Source: Syntrophomonadaceae bacterium | GTDB taxonomy: Bacteria > Bacteroidota > Ignavibacteria > Ignavibacteriales > SURF-24 | Direction: 5' to 3' | NCBI GenBank assembly: GCA_050259615.1 | Contig: JBLNAZ010000170.1 | Location: forward strand, 46,902 to 110,901 | DNA: 64,000 bases | Shown here: positions 39,491-50,100 of the stretch, in pieces | Layout of the letters: the number at the start of each line of letters is the position of its first letter | Position numbering within the stretch: position 1 is the first letter of the stretch | Position numbers and translations under genes: made by a program | Notes under the pieces: generated by a model | Database searches by the model: none | Told to the model about the DNA's origin: nothing | The model's input: only the letters and a program-made list of their open reading frames with translations

Positions 39491-40174
39491 TCAGCCTTTA
39501 ACCGGAGGCAGTTGGCCCTTTTCAGCAGCTTTTTTCAGCTTATCGTTTGCAAAAATTGCAATTTCAACGCGCCTGTTGGCCTGCTTTCCTTCGGGGGTAT
39601 CGTTGGAGGCCACGGGCTGGCTTTCGCCATAACCTTTAGTTGTAATTCTCGAACCCTGAACTCCAAGCTCTTTTACATATGTCGATACCGAAGAAGCTCT
39701 CTTTTCAGAAAGGGTCTGGTTATAAGCATCAGTGCCGTCTGAATCTGTATGTCCTTCGATCAGGATATTTGTATCGGCATACTTTTTCAGAACTTTTGCG
39801 AGCTGGTCTATATTGTCCCTGGCTGCAGACTGAAGGTCGGATTTATTCGTTGCAAACAGAATTCCCGACGGGAATGTAATTTTTATGCCTTCGCCTACTC
39901 TTTCAACCCTGGCACCTTCAAGATCCTTTCTCATTTCCTCTGCCTGGCGGTCCATATAGTTTCCGATCAGTGCTCCTGCTGCTCCGCCGACGGCCGCGCC
40001 GATGATTGCGCCCACGGCAGTACTTCCGGTTTTACTTCCTATTACTCCTCCTATTACGCCGCCTGCGGCTGCCCCTATACCTCCGCCTTTTACCGTATTG
40101 CTGGCTCCGCACCCGGCGGACAGGAATGAAGCAATAATTAACAAAGCCAGAAATGCTTTTACCGATCTATGCAT
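39491..40174 (-). CDS. OmpA-family lipoprotein with glycine zipper (YiaD-like)
   Basis: Lipobox LSAGC, Gly-zipper, IEGHTDSDG-N-LSEKRA, NRRVEI. Confidence 0.93.
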   Translation of the reverse strand: MHRSVKAFLALLIIASFLSAGCGASNTVKGGGIGAAAGGVIGGVIGSKTGSTAVGAIIGAAVGGAAGALIGNYMDRQAEEMRKDLEGARVERVGEGIKITFPSGILFATNKSDLQSAARDNIDQLAKVLKKYADTNILIEGHTDSDGTDAYNQTLSEKRASSVSTYVKELGVQGSRITTKGYGESQPVASNDTPEGKQANRRVEIAIFANDKLKKAAEKGQLPPVKG

Positions 40175-40428
40175 GATAAATCTCCATAAATTTATTTCAG
40201 AATAATGTTCATCTCAGGATGTACATCCATATAATTTTAGCAAAAATTAAAGCATATTGAAAGGCATTAAACCGGTTTCGGGCATTTATTAAAAGCATTT
40301 CCCAGGGAGTGAATTAAATTCATCCAGCCCGGCTTACATTGATTTTGTTTGTAGTATTGACTAAAATAAATTGTGGAGTAATAGCTAAAATAGTCTTAAG
40401 ATACATAAAGCTTCAGTAATGGAAAGGA

Positions 40429-41040
40429 TTGAATATGAAAAGACATGTATTTGTTTCGCTGTTATTAGTCATTTTATTGTTTGGTGCCGGTTCATCATAC
40501 GCCCAGATGGGTGTATCAATTCAGGCCGGAACTGCAATCCCCACTGGTGATTTAAGCAACAGTGCAAAGCTTGGCTGGGGAGGACAGGGGAATTTTGAAT
40601 ACCTGGCAGCTCCAAACCTGAGCCTTATGGCCACAGTAGGATACTATCTGTGGGGGGCAAAAAGCGACTTAATGGGACTGGTTGACTATACGTTTTCCAC
40701 TATACCGGTTCTAATCGGGGCGAAGTATCTTTTTATGGAAGGCGACATGCATCCGTATGTGGGGGCAGATATCGGCGTACACTTCCTTAAAACAAAAATT
40801 TCCAGCAGTATTAATATTTTAGGCTCCAGTCTGGAGGAAAGCAATAGTGAATCAAAGTTCGGTTTTGCGCCAATGGCAGGCCTTAGGATGCATATGCCTC
40901 CAAACGTAGACCTGGACCTGAATATCAGCTACAATATAATTCCTTCTTCCGGCAGTAATATTTCCAATGGCATTATTTCAACTTCTAGCAGCAGCACCAG
41001 CTATCTGGGAATTATTGTTGGAGCTTTAATAGCGCTTTAA
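40429..41040 (+). CDS. Small outer-membrane beta-barrel protein
   Basis: Signal peptide ending SYAQ, IPVLIGAKY, HPYVGADIG, FGFAPMAG strands. Confidence 0.8.
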   Translation: MNMKRHVFVSLLLVILLFGAGSSYAQMGVSIQAGTAIPTGDLSNSAKLGWGGQGNFEYLAAPNLSLMATVGYYLWGAKSDLMGLVDYTFSTIPVLIGAKYLFMEGDMHPYVGADIGVHFLKTKISSSINILGSSLEESNSESKFGFAPMAGLRMHMPPNVDLDLNISYNIIPSSGSNISNGIISTSSSSTSYLGIIVGALIAL

Positions 41041-41288
41041 GGCCTCGGGAAATTTACCTTCTCCTCTGAACTTTACGACATGGCCCCGGCAAAAAATGCC
41101 GGGGGATTTGTATTGTCTGCAATAGGATGGAATTCTCTTCCCGGGAATAGTGTTGCTTATTGCAATATTTTCCAAATTCTGGTAAGTTTTACCGGATACA
41201 TCTCGGGTATATCCACATTCAGAATAAATTTGTATTTTAGAATTAACGGGATCGTTTGAGATTTCTCCAAATCTTAAAATGGGGCATA

Positions 41289-44009
41289 ATGATTCTTAAT
41301 CAAAAAGTTTACAAATATTCCAATATTACTGCATTTGCAGCGTTCATTTTCTTCCTGGGGCTGACCGCCTGGTTATGGATGGATTCCAGGCGTGAGACAC
41401 AGAAAAATGCCAGCGAAAGATTTGAATTCAGGGTATTTGAAATAAAACAGGCCATTCACCAGCGCATGCAGGAATATGAAAAAATACTGCTTGGAGGTGC
41501 AGGGCTTTTTGACGTTGCCAAACCTGTTACGCGCCAGATGTGGCGCGATTATGTGCACAGGCTGAAAATAAGCGAGACTTCCCCGGGAATTCAGGGCATT
41601 GGGTTTTCTATTCTGTTAAGACCTTCAGACATAAAACCGCACGAAGAGAAAGTCAGGTCGCAAGGTTATCCTCAGTATAAAGTCTGGCCCGAAGGAGAAC
41701 GTGAATTCTATACGTCAATTGTTTTTCTTGAACCCTTTTCCGGCATTAATCTCAGGGCATTCGGATACGATATGTATTCAGAACCTATCAGGCGAAAGGC
41801 CATGGCTACGGCAATGGATTCCGGAGTGACTGCTTTGACTGGGAAAGTAAGGCTGGTGCAGGAAGGCAGTACAGCCGTACAGGAGGGATTTCTAATGTAC
41901 CTGCCTGTATACCGTAGAGATTCAGAATTAAATACGGTTGAGGAAAGAAGAGGTGCCTTAATAGGATTTGTATATAGTCCATTTAGAATGAATGACCTGA
42001 TAAATGGTTTATTTGGGCAGGGACCGACTGACATCACACTAAAGATTTATGATGGGGAACTCCCTTTAAAAAAGGAGCTAATGTACAACGGCGGCCCTAA
42101 GGGGGAGGCAGTGGATTCGGGCAATACTCCCTTATTCAGTAAATCCGAGCTGATCAATATTGAGGATCACACCTGGACGCTGCAGTTTTCTACGCTCCCG
42201 ATGTTTGAAAGAACTATAGATAACCAGAAATCTCCAATCATCCTTATTTCAGGCATAATTATCAGCCTTCTTTTTGCCGCTGTCGTAAAATCTCTTTCTT
42301 CAACGCGGGCCCGTGCACTGGCTCTGGCCGTTGAAGTCAATGAGAGAAAACGTGCCGAAGAAGCTTTAAGAGAGAGTGAGGAAAGATTCCGTCTGATAAC
42401 GGAAAATGCCAACGACCTGATATCCGTACAGAACATGGAAGGGAAGTTTATTTATACCAGCCCTTCTTTCAGCATAAAGCTGGGCTATAGCCCGGAAGAG
42501 CTCTTAAGAATGGGCCCTGCTGAGCTGGTACATCCGGATGATCAGGCAGCGATTTCCGATGGGAGAAACCCTTCCTCTGTGCAGTTCCGCATCCATACGA
42601 TTAAAGGAGAGTGGATATGGATGGAGGGTACAAACAGCCTTATGAGGATGAAAGACAGCAATTATATACTCGGAATTGCACGCGAAATAACGGAAAGAAA
42701 AAAGGCCGAGGAAGCTCTGAAAGAGGAAATATTCAGGGCTGAAACTATGATTAAAGTATCCAATATGTTTGCGGAACTGTCGCTTGATTATAAGGCTGTT
42801 CTGGATAATGCTGCTAAAGTCACTTCCGAGTTAATTGGAGATGCAGCGATTGTAAGGATTATTTCAGATGATAAGAATTATCTTGAGCCTGCGGCAGTCT
42901 ACCACCCTGATAATGAAGCCCGGAGCCTATTAAATGAAGTGCTCCAGTCTGCTCCTCAGAAGCTGAACAGCGGGCTTTCAGGAAAGGTTGCAGCTACATC
43001 TGAAAGCGTGATTATTCAGGAAGTGGAATTAAAGGAAATTAAAAATTCCATCAGGCCAGAATTCACAAAATACTTTGAAAAGTACGGCATTCATGGAATT
43101 CTTGTTGTTCCATTAATAGTCGGCAGGCAGACTATCGGCACATTAAGCGTAATGAGGACCAGTCCCGGGAGGCCATACTCCCCGAAGGACAGATATTTTC
43201 TTGAAGAACTTGCAAACAGAATTGCAATTGCAATTGTAAATTCGCGTCTGCATCAGGAAAAAGTACATGAAATTGAAGAAAAGAGAATTGCGGAAGAAAA
43301 GCTGAAAAAAACTCTTGAAGAACTGGCCAGATCCAATACAGAGCTTGAAAACTTTGCATACGTAGCATCGCACGACCTTCAGGAGCCTTTAAGAATGATT
43401 TCAAGCTACACACAGCTTATTTCCAAACGCTATAAAGGGAAGCTGGACACAAAAGCCGACCAGTTCATCAGTTTTACTGTGGACGGGGCAGTAAGAATGC
43501 AGCAGCTGATTCACGATCTTCTGGAATATTCAAGAGTTGCAACCAGGGGCAAGCCGTTTGCACCCGTGGACAGCAATGAAATTATCAGAACAGTCTTAAA
43601 CAACCTTCAGATCAGCATAAAGAAAAATAATGCCGTTATTACGTTTGATTCCATGCCTCGGGTAATGGGAGACGACATTCAGCTCATGCAACTATTCCAG
43701 AATCTGATAAGCAACGCAATGAAGTTTAAGAGCAGTGAGGTGCCGGAAATAAAAATAAAGGCAGAAGACAAGGGGTGCGAATGGTTGTTTTCGGTCCAGG
43801 ATAACGGAATTGGCATAGATCCACAGTTTAAGGAAAGGATTTTTGTTATTTTTCAGCGCCTGCATGAAAGGGAAGCATATCCCGGTACAGGAATCGGTCT
43901 GGCTGTCTGCAAAAAGATCGTAGAAAGGCATGGAGGCAGGATCTGGGTTGACTCTGACCCTGGTAAAGGCTCGACCTTCCTGTTTACGATTCCTAAAAGA
44001 AATCCCTGA
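41289..44009 (+). CDS. CHASE-PAS-GAF sensor histidine kinase (probable start ATG 41289)
   Basis: CHASE (PGIQGIGFS, NLRAFGYDMYSEP-RR-AM), PAS (VHPDD), GAF, FAYVASHDLQEPLR, FQNLISNAMKF, YPGTGIGL. Confidence 0.93.
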   Translation: MILNQKVYKYSNITAFAAFIFFLGLTAWLWMDSRRETQKNASERFEFRVFEIKQAIHQRMQEYEKILLGGAGLFDVAKPVTRQMWRDYVHRLKISETSPGIQGIGFSILLRPSDIKPHEEKVRSQGYPQYKVWPEGEREFYTSIVFLEPFSGINLRAFGYDMYSEPIRRKAMATAMDSGVTALTGKVRLVQEGSTAVQEGFLMYLPVYRRDSELNTVEERRGALIGFVYSPFRMNDLINGLFGQGPTDITLKIYDGELPLKKELMYNGGPKGEAVDSGNTPLFSKSELINIEDHTWTLQFSTLPMFERTIDNQKSPIILISGIIISLLFAAVVKSLSSTRARALALAVEVNERKRAEEALRESEERFRLITENANDLISVQNMEGKFIYTSPSFSIKLGYSPEELLRMGPAELVHPDDQAAISDGRNPSSVQFRIHTIKGEWIWMEGTNSLMRMKDSNYILGIAREITERKKAEEALKEEIFRAETMIKVSNMFAELSLDYKAVLDNAAKVTSELIGDAAIVRIISDDKNYLEPAAVYHPDNEARSLLNEVLQSAPQKLNSGLSGKVAATSESVIIQEVELKEIKNSIRPEFTKYFEKYGIHGILVVPLIVGRQTIGTLSVMRTSPGRPYSPKDRYFLEELANRIAIAIVNSRLHQEKVHEIEEKRIAEEKLKKTLEELARSNTELENFAYVASHDLQEPLRMISSYTQLISKRYKGKLDTKADQFISFTVDGAVRMQQLIHDLLEYSRVATRGKPFAPVDSNEIIRTVLNNLQISIKKNNAVITFDSMPRVMGDDIQLMQLFQNLISNAMKFKSSEVPEIKIKAEDKGCEWLFSVQDNGIGIDPQFKERIFVIFQRLHEREAYPGTGIGLAVCKKIVERHGGRIWVDSDPGKGSTFLFTIPKRNP

Positions 44010-44159
44010 GGTAAGCGGTTATAGTTCTTTTTTATGTTATTGCATAGTGGTCGTCTGTTCACTATATTTGTGCGGTTTACTTTCAGCCCTTCAGATTAAT
44101 AATCTCCTGAAGGCAGGGAAGTATGGCTCTAGGGCCGATTAGAATCCGCAGGTATAAAT

Positions 44160-44858
44160 ATGGCAGTAAAAAAGAAAAACATAAAAAAGAACAGCAAAAG
44201 CAGCAGCAAAAGTAAAGCAGTCCCGCTGAAAAAAGGCAAGGAAGCTTCATCAGAAAAAGTGGAACCTCTGCGGCTGAAAAAGAAGAAAACGTATTCAGTT
44301 AAGAAAGAAGGGGCATCAAAAGCCGATAAGGATAAAGGGGCTTCGCAGAAAAAAAAGGGACCGACTTTATCAAAGAGGTCTAAAGCCAGGAAGCCCAGCC
44401 TAAAGGGTACCAAAGCAAAGAATTCCAAAGCAAAGAATTCCAAAGCAAAGAATTCCAAGACGGAAAGTGTTAAAGCAGTTCCGCAAAAGAGAACCAGGGC
44501 AGCTGCAAAAGGGAATAAAAAGCCTCTTCCGGTAATAAAAGCAGAACCGGTTCCGGAAATAAAAAAGAAATTACCTCAGGGAAAGAAAAAAAATAGTATA
44601 GAGGCTGAAAGAAAGGAAGAAAATGCATCCTGGAAGTTTTTCGAAAAAAACGGAAGTGTGTTAATTAAGATTTATACCGAAAGTGAAGCTATTTTCTCTA
44701 AACTTGCGAGAATACAGGGTATACAGAAAAGCGCGAAATACTTTATTAAAGGGCGGCAGGTTGGAGCGGATTTTATTGTCCCGCTCGATATGGCAGAATC
44801 GGCCTGCAGTATTGCGGGAGTTAAGATTCCTAAAATTACAGTCAGAAAGCCGGAGTAA
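44160..44858 (+). CDS. Very basic Lys-rich (histone H1-like) protein with small C-terminal globular domain
   Basis: About 150 aa of K/S/A-rich low-complexity sequence followed by about 75 aa of normal composition. Confidence 0.7.
   Translation: MAVKKKNIKKNSKSSSKSKAVPLKKGKEASSEKVEPLRLKKKKTYSVKKEGASKADKDKGASQKKKGPTLSKRSKARKPSLKGTKAKNSKAKNSKAKNSKTESVKAVPQKRTRAAAKGNKKPLPVIKAEPVPEIKKKLPQGKKKNSIEAERKEENASWKFFEKNGSVLIKIYTESEAIFSKLARIQGIQKSAKYFIKGRQVGADFIVPLDMAESACSIAGVKIPKITVRKPE
44410..44458 (+). repeat. 15-bp coding tandem repeat, about 3.3 copies (KAKNS)
   Basis: CCAAAGCAAAGAATT x3 plus CCAA, perfect copies. Confidence 0.92.
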
Positions 44859-44871
44859 TCCTGCTTTTCTT

Positions 44872-46467
44872 TTACAATTCCGGAGTAAAAGGGAAACCCG
44901 GTAAATGGTTTTGTGCTTTCAGCTCATTTTGAAGTTTCTGCTTTTCTTCAAACATAGCCTGAGAAACTGAAACATGGTAAGTATGGGGGTTAATGAGTCT
45001 TTTAACTCCCGTGTCGAGCCTGCTAAGGTCCTTTTCCCTGGTTTGTCTGATCTGTTCAATGGAAGGGAATTCATAAACAGTTTTCCCGTTTTCAATTATT
45101 TTCTTAAGCAGGCTTTCCATTTCCGGATAGTCATTTTTATCTATAGTACGGCTTTTGCTTTTATCTGAGGGATGAACGAGCTGAATCTGTTTCCATTCCC
45201 TGGCGTTTTCACCTTTTAACGTAATCAGATCGGCGTTAGCCTTACCGGACTTGTCATAAATCCTCCACAATTCCTTTTGTCCAGGATTCGGGATTTTTTC
45301 AACCGACTCGGAGATTTTCATAACGGGAATCCAGCCGTTGTTATCCACAGCAACGAGTTTATAAACTCCGCCCAGGGCTGCCTCTCCCTGGGAAGTTACA
45401 AGTCGCGTTCCAACGCCGTAGACCAGGCGGCTGATTATTTCATCGGGAATTAATCCTTCCTTAGGGGCTTCATCTTCAATCTGTGTGATGATCTGCCAGA
45501 TATTCATTTCGTCGAGTTCATTTGAAAGCACGACTTTTGTTTCTTTCAGACCTGCATTATTCAGCATTTTTACGGCTTTAACGCTCAGGTATGCCAAGTC
45601 ACCCGAATCAAGGCGCACTCCCTGCGGAGTATGTCCTTTTGCTTTAAGTTTTTCAAAGACCTTAATAGCATGAGGAATGCCGCTTTCAAGCGTATTAATT
45701 GTATCCACAAGCAGTGTGCAGTCATCGGGATACAGATCTGCAAATGCTTCGAAGGCTTCCAGTTCAGTCATCCCTAATGAAATGAACAGTTGAACCATGC
45801 TGTGCGCATGAGTGCCTTTAGGGGGATAGCCCAGAACGTAGGATATGCCAGCATTGGAGGAATAATCGGCTCCCCCTATAAGGGCTCCTCTGACGGCGGC
45901 AACGGCGCCTCTGTCCTGGCCGCGCCTGGCGCCGAATTCCAGCACGGGCTGTTTACGGCATATCTCTTTTATTCTGGAGGCTTTTGTGGCAATAAGCGTC
46001 TGGAAGTTCAGCTGGTTAAGAAGCGCAGTTTCCACAATCTGAGCCATAACAAGCGGCCCTTCAACAATTGTAAGAGGCTCGTTCGGGTGGACACATCTGC
46101 CCTCTGGAATAGCTCTAATAGTAAAGCTTCGAAAATCCCCGTTATTTTTTAACCATTTCAAGAAGTCGTCCTTAAAAAGTCTTTCCCCTTTGCTGTTTCT
46201 GTGGTTTTTCAAGAATTCAATTTCCTCATTCCTGAAGTGTGAGTTCTGCATCCAGTCTATAAACCATTCCAGTCCCGCGTTTATGCAGTATCCTGCCTTA
46301 TGAGAGCCGTAGTCGGGGTATTTTCTAAAGAAGTGATCGAAGACGACGCGTTTATCCTGAAGTCCCAAATGAAAATACAGCTGCGCCATAACCAGTTCAT
46401 ACTGGTCTGTAAATAGGATTCCCTCGGTAATTGTCCGATCAAACTTTCTCAGCAATTCATCTCCCAA
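44872..46467 (-). CDS. pncB: Nicotinate phosphoribosyltransferase
   Basis: [22 protein letters not shown] (phospho-His), [27 protein letters not shown]. Confidence 0.95.
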   Translation of the reverse strand: MGDELLRKFDRTITEGILFTDQYELVMAQLYFHLGLQDKRVVFDHFFRKYPDYGSHKAGYCINAGLEWFIDWMQNSHFRNEEIEFLKNHRNSKGERLFKDDFLKWLKNNGDFRSFTIRAIPEGRCVHPNEPLTIVEGPLVMAQIVETALLNQLNFQTLIATKASRIKEICRKQPVLEFGARRGQDRGAVAAVRGALIGGADYSSNAGISYVLGYPPKGTHAHSMVQLFISLGMTELEAFEAFADLYPDDCTLLVDTINTLESGIPHAIKVFEKLKAKGHTPQGVRLDSGDLAYLSVKAVKMLNNAGLKETKVVLSNELDEMNIWQIITQIEDEAPKEGLIPDEIISRLVYGVGTRLVTSQGEAALGGVYKLVAVDNNGWIPVMKISESVEKIPNPGQKELWRIYDKSGKANADLITLKGENAREWKQIQLVHPSDKSKSRTIDKNDYPEMESLLKKIIENGKTVYEFPSIEQIRQTREKDLSRLDTGVKRLINPHTYHVSVSQAMFEEKQKLQNELKAQNHLPGFPFTPEL

Positions 46468-46653
46468 CAGTTGTGTACTTTTAGTAATATTGTCAAAAAG
46501 GTGAAAAGTTTCAAACTTTGAGAAGGGATGGGTACTAAAGAAACTGAAGAACTAAAATTGCAGAAAATAAAAGGCGGCAAGAGGGGGAGTCCCTGCCGCT
46601 AAAATTAGGAGAAGATCTAATACTCAGAAGATTTAACTCTAGAAGATCAGATC

Positions 46654-46929
46654 TCAATTTTCAACTAATGATCTTTTTTTCATCAGGCTGTAAACCGCGT
46701 AGTGAACAGCCGCTGTAAGAGGTTTTCCCGAGTTCATTTCCTCGCAGACCTCTTTTACAAAGTCATCCTTTGGAATATATTTTGTATTTACTCCTACTTC
46801 AAGGCATATTTCATTTTCAGTGGAATCACAAATATATTCAAGTTTGGCTGCCTGCGTAATTACGTCTTCGTAATTAAGTTCTTTCCCTTTATCCTTAAAA
46901 GCTCTGCCGTAAAAATTTTTAAGATTCAT
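46654..46929 (-). CDS. Small hypothetical protein (91 aa)
   Basis: AGGAGG SD upstream on the minus strand; stand-alone ORF. Confidence 0.7.
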   Translation of the reverse strand: MNLKNFYGRAFKDKGKELNYEDVITQAAKLEYICDSTENEICLEVGVNTKYIPKDDFVKEVCEEMNSGKPLTAAVHYAVYSLMKKRSLVEN

Positions 46930-47116
46930 TCTTACCTCCTAACCAATATCGAATAATTCCCTTTATATATATATATGGTTACAGAGGCAGGATTCGGAAA
47001 AATATTTGAAAAAAAATAATTTTTTTTCAAATATTTTAATAAATGGTTAAAAAAAGGGGTGGAGAGTACAAAAAATTGTAATCCCCGACTCTTAGAAAAG
47101 TATTCATATAGAAGAA

Positions 47117-50100
47117 CTATAATGAAAAGGCCCTATCAATCAGTTCATCCTGCTCTTTTTGATGCATTTTTAAGGAACCTGAAGCCGGGCTGGCGCTTTC
47201 ATTTCTTCCTGCATAGAAAAGGTTCCTGTTTTGTGAAGTTAAATCCCCGGACTTCTGGAGAATAAAGCTCCAGGCTCCCATATTTTTAGGCTCCTCCTGC
47301 GTCCAAACGATTGTGCGGGCATTTGTGTAAGAATTAATAACTGTCTTAATTTCTTTAATTGGGAACGGGTAGAGTTCTTCCAGGCGTATGACGGCCGAAT
47401 CGCTGATATTATTTTTATTTTTATAGGCGAGCAGCTCAAAATAAAGTTTTCCGCTTACCAGAAGGAGTCTTTTAACAATATTTTTATCCTGTACTGAAAC
47501 GTCATCCAGAACTTTGGAGAATTTACCTGAAGTCATTTCACTGAGAACGGAGCGTGCCTCCGGCAGCCTGAGCAGGCTTTTAGGTGTAAAAATAACCAGA
47601 GGCCGGTGCAGATTATACTTTATCTGGCGGCGCAGCAGGTGAAAATTCTGTGCCGGTGTAGTCACATTGCATATAGTCATATTATCTTCTGCCGCAAGTG
47701 AAAGAAATCTTTCTATTCTTGCGCTCGAATGTTCAGGTCCCTGGCCTTCATATCCGTGAGGCAGAAGAAGTACCAGGCGATTTGGCAGTTTCCACTTACT
47801 ATAGGCACTGACCAGGAAGTTATCAATTATTACCTGTGCGCTATTGGCAAAGTCGCCAAACTGTGCCTCCCAGAGTACCAGTGATAAAGGGTCGGCTACG
47901 CTGTAGCCCAGTTCAAAGCCCAGCACTGCAGCTTCGGAAAGCAGGCTGTCAAGTGCTTCCATGGATGCCTGGTTTTGTGCCATGTGGTTTAAGAGCAGGA
48001 TCTCCTCTCCGGTATTTATGTCGGATAAGATCAGGTGTCTCTGGCTGAAGGTTCCTCTGGCGCTGTCCTGGCCGCTTAAGCGGATGGGGGTTCCTTCCAG
48101 AAGAAGTGTCCCAAAAGCCAGGGCTTCAGCATATGCCCAGTCGATAGGCATTTGCGGGTTTTTAATAAGTTCTTTTCTTTTTGTGAGCATTCTGGCCAGT
48201 TTAGGATTTGCAACAAATCCTTCGGGCAGGGTAGTTATGCCCTCCACTACTTTAATAATCTCTTCAGAAGCTGCTGCGGTGGGTTCAATTTCTTTCTGAA
48301 CATTTAACTTGTCCTCAGGAACCGCAAGTGGCAGATCTGAATAAAAATCGAAAGTATCGTTTGCTGATTTATCAAAAGACTCGTTCAGGCACTCATTTAC
48401 ATTTGTTCTTTTATCTATTTCTTCATCTGAAGAAATGAATTTTTCTGCAATAAGCTTCTGTTTATAGAGTTCTTTTACAGAAGGGTGTTCCTTAATATTC
48501 CTGTACATTACAGGCTGTGTATAGGCCGGATCGTCTCCTTCGTTATGGCCATGGCGCCTGTAGCCAAAAAGATCAATTACAACGTCCTTATTGAATTTCT
48601 GCCGGTATTCATACGCCAGACGTGTAACCCATAAGGCAGCTTCAGGATCGTCGCCGTTAACGTGAAATATTGGTGCCTGCACCATTTTAGCCACGTCTGT
48701 TGCATAAATAGATGAGCGGGCCTCAGCCGGATCGGTAGTAAAGCCTATCTGGTTATTTATTATGAGGTGGATTGTGCCGCCTGTGCGGTAGCCTTTTAGC
48801 TGTGACAGGTTAATCGTTTCGGCAACAACTCCCTGACCGGCAAATGCGGCATCGCCATGGATTAAGAGGGGAATGATAACTTTGCGTTCTGTATCGCCGG
48901 CTCTTTTCTGTTTTGCCCTTACAATTCCCTCTACAACCGGGTTAACCCATTCAAGGTGACTCGGGTTAGAGGCTACCGAGACTGTTAGTGTTTTCCCGTT
49001 AATTGCTTTTACTTCTCCTGAAGCCCCGAGGTGATACTTGACGTCGCCTGAACCCTGGACTGAATTAGGGTCGATATTACCCTCAAATTCAGTAAATATT
49101 TTCTCATAGGATTTACCGATTATATTAGCCAGTACGTTCAGGCGCCCGCGGTGTGCCATGCCCATAAAAATTTCCCGTACGCCGTCTTCGGCCGATAGGT
49201 TTATCAGGTAGTCAAGCAGCGGTATTACAGTTTCTGAGCCTTCGAGGGAGAACCTTTTATGCCCCACAAACCTTGTATGGAGGAAATGCTCAAACTCCTC
49301 GGCAATTACGAGCTGCCAGAGAATTCGTTTTTTCTCTTCGGCACTGAATGTAAAATGGTTTCTGATAGGTTCCATTTTACTTTGCAGCCATGCTTTTTCT
49401 TCGGGATGCTGAATGTGCATGGACTCTATGCCGATCTTGTCGCAGTATGTCTGCTGCAGGATGTCTAAAATTTCCCTAAGTGTCCCGGTTTCCTTTCCGC
49501 CAAGGCCGCCTGTTATGAACTTCCTGTCATAATCCCATATTGTAAAGCCATGGTTGGCAGGATCAAGTTCAGGGTGGTAGATTGAATTGACCCCGAGAGG
49601 GTTAAGGTTTGCAATGAGGTGGCCTCTTACTCTGTATATATTTATCAGCTGCAGTATTCCGGCCTGCTTTTCAATATTATCCATTCCGGGAATTGCCGCA
49701 TAAGTCTTACCCTGAGTATCCTCCCTGTAGTTAACAGGTTTCTGCGGGATATTGAAATCCTTAAAAATATCCTCATAAAAATTTTCCTCACCCAGCAGCA
49801 GGTCATTTATAAGTTTTAAGAACAGCCCCGATTCGGCGCCCTGGATTACGCGGTGGTCGTAGGTGCTTGTAATATTCATAACCTTGCCTATACCGAGTTC
49901 GGCTATTGTAGAGCGGCTCATAGCCTGATATTGTGCGGGATAATCTATAACGCCTATAGCTATAATACCGCCCTGTCCGGTCATAAGTCTGGGAATAGAG
50001 GATACGGTGCCCACGGTGCCGGGGTTTGTAAGGGAGATAGTGGTTCCCTGAAAGTCGGATGGTTCAATTCTGCCCGTCCGGGAGCGTTTAATTACGTCGT

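Noticed and set aside
44129-44458. Minus-strand ORF with FFALE repeats as a membrane peptide
   Set aside because: It is the antisense shadow of the Lys-rich gene and its 15-bp repeat.
46470-46510. NrtR operator upstream of pncB
   Set aside because: Only a half match (TATTGTCAAAAAG); no complete GT-N7-AC palindrome.
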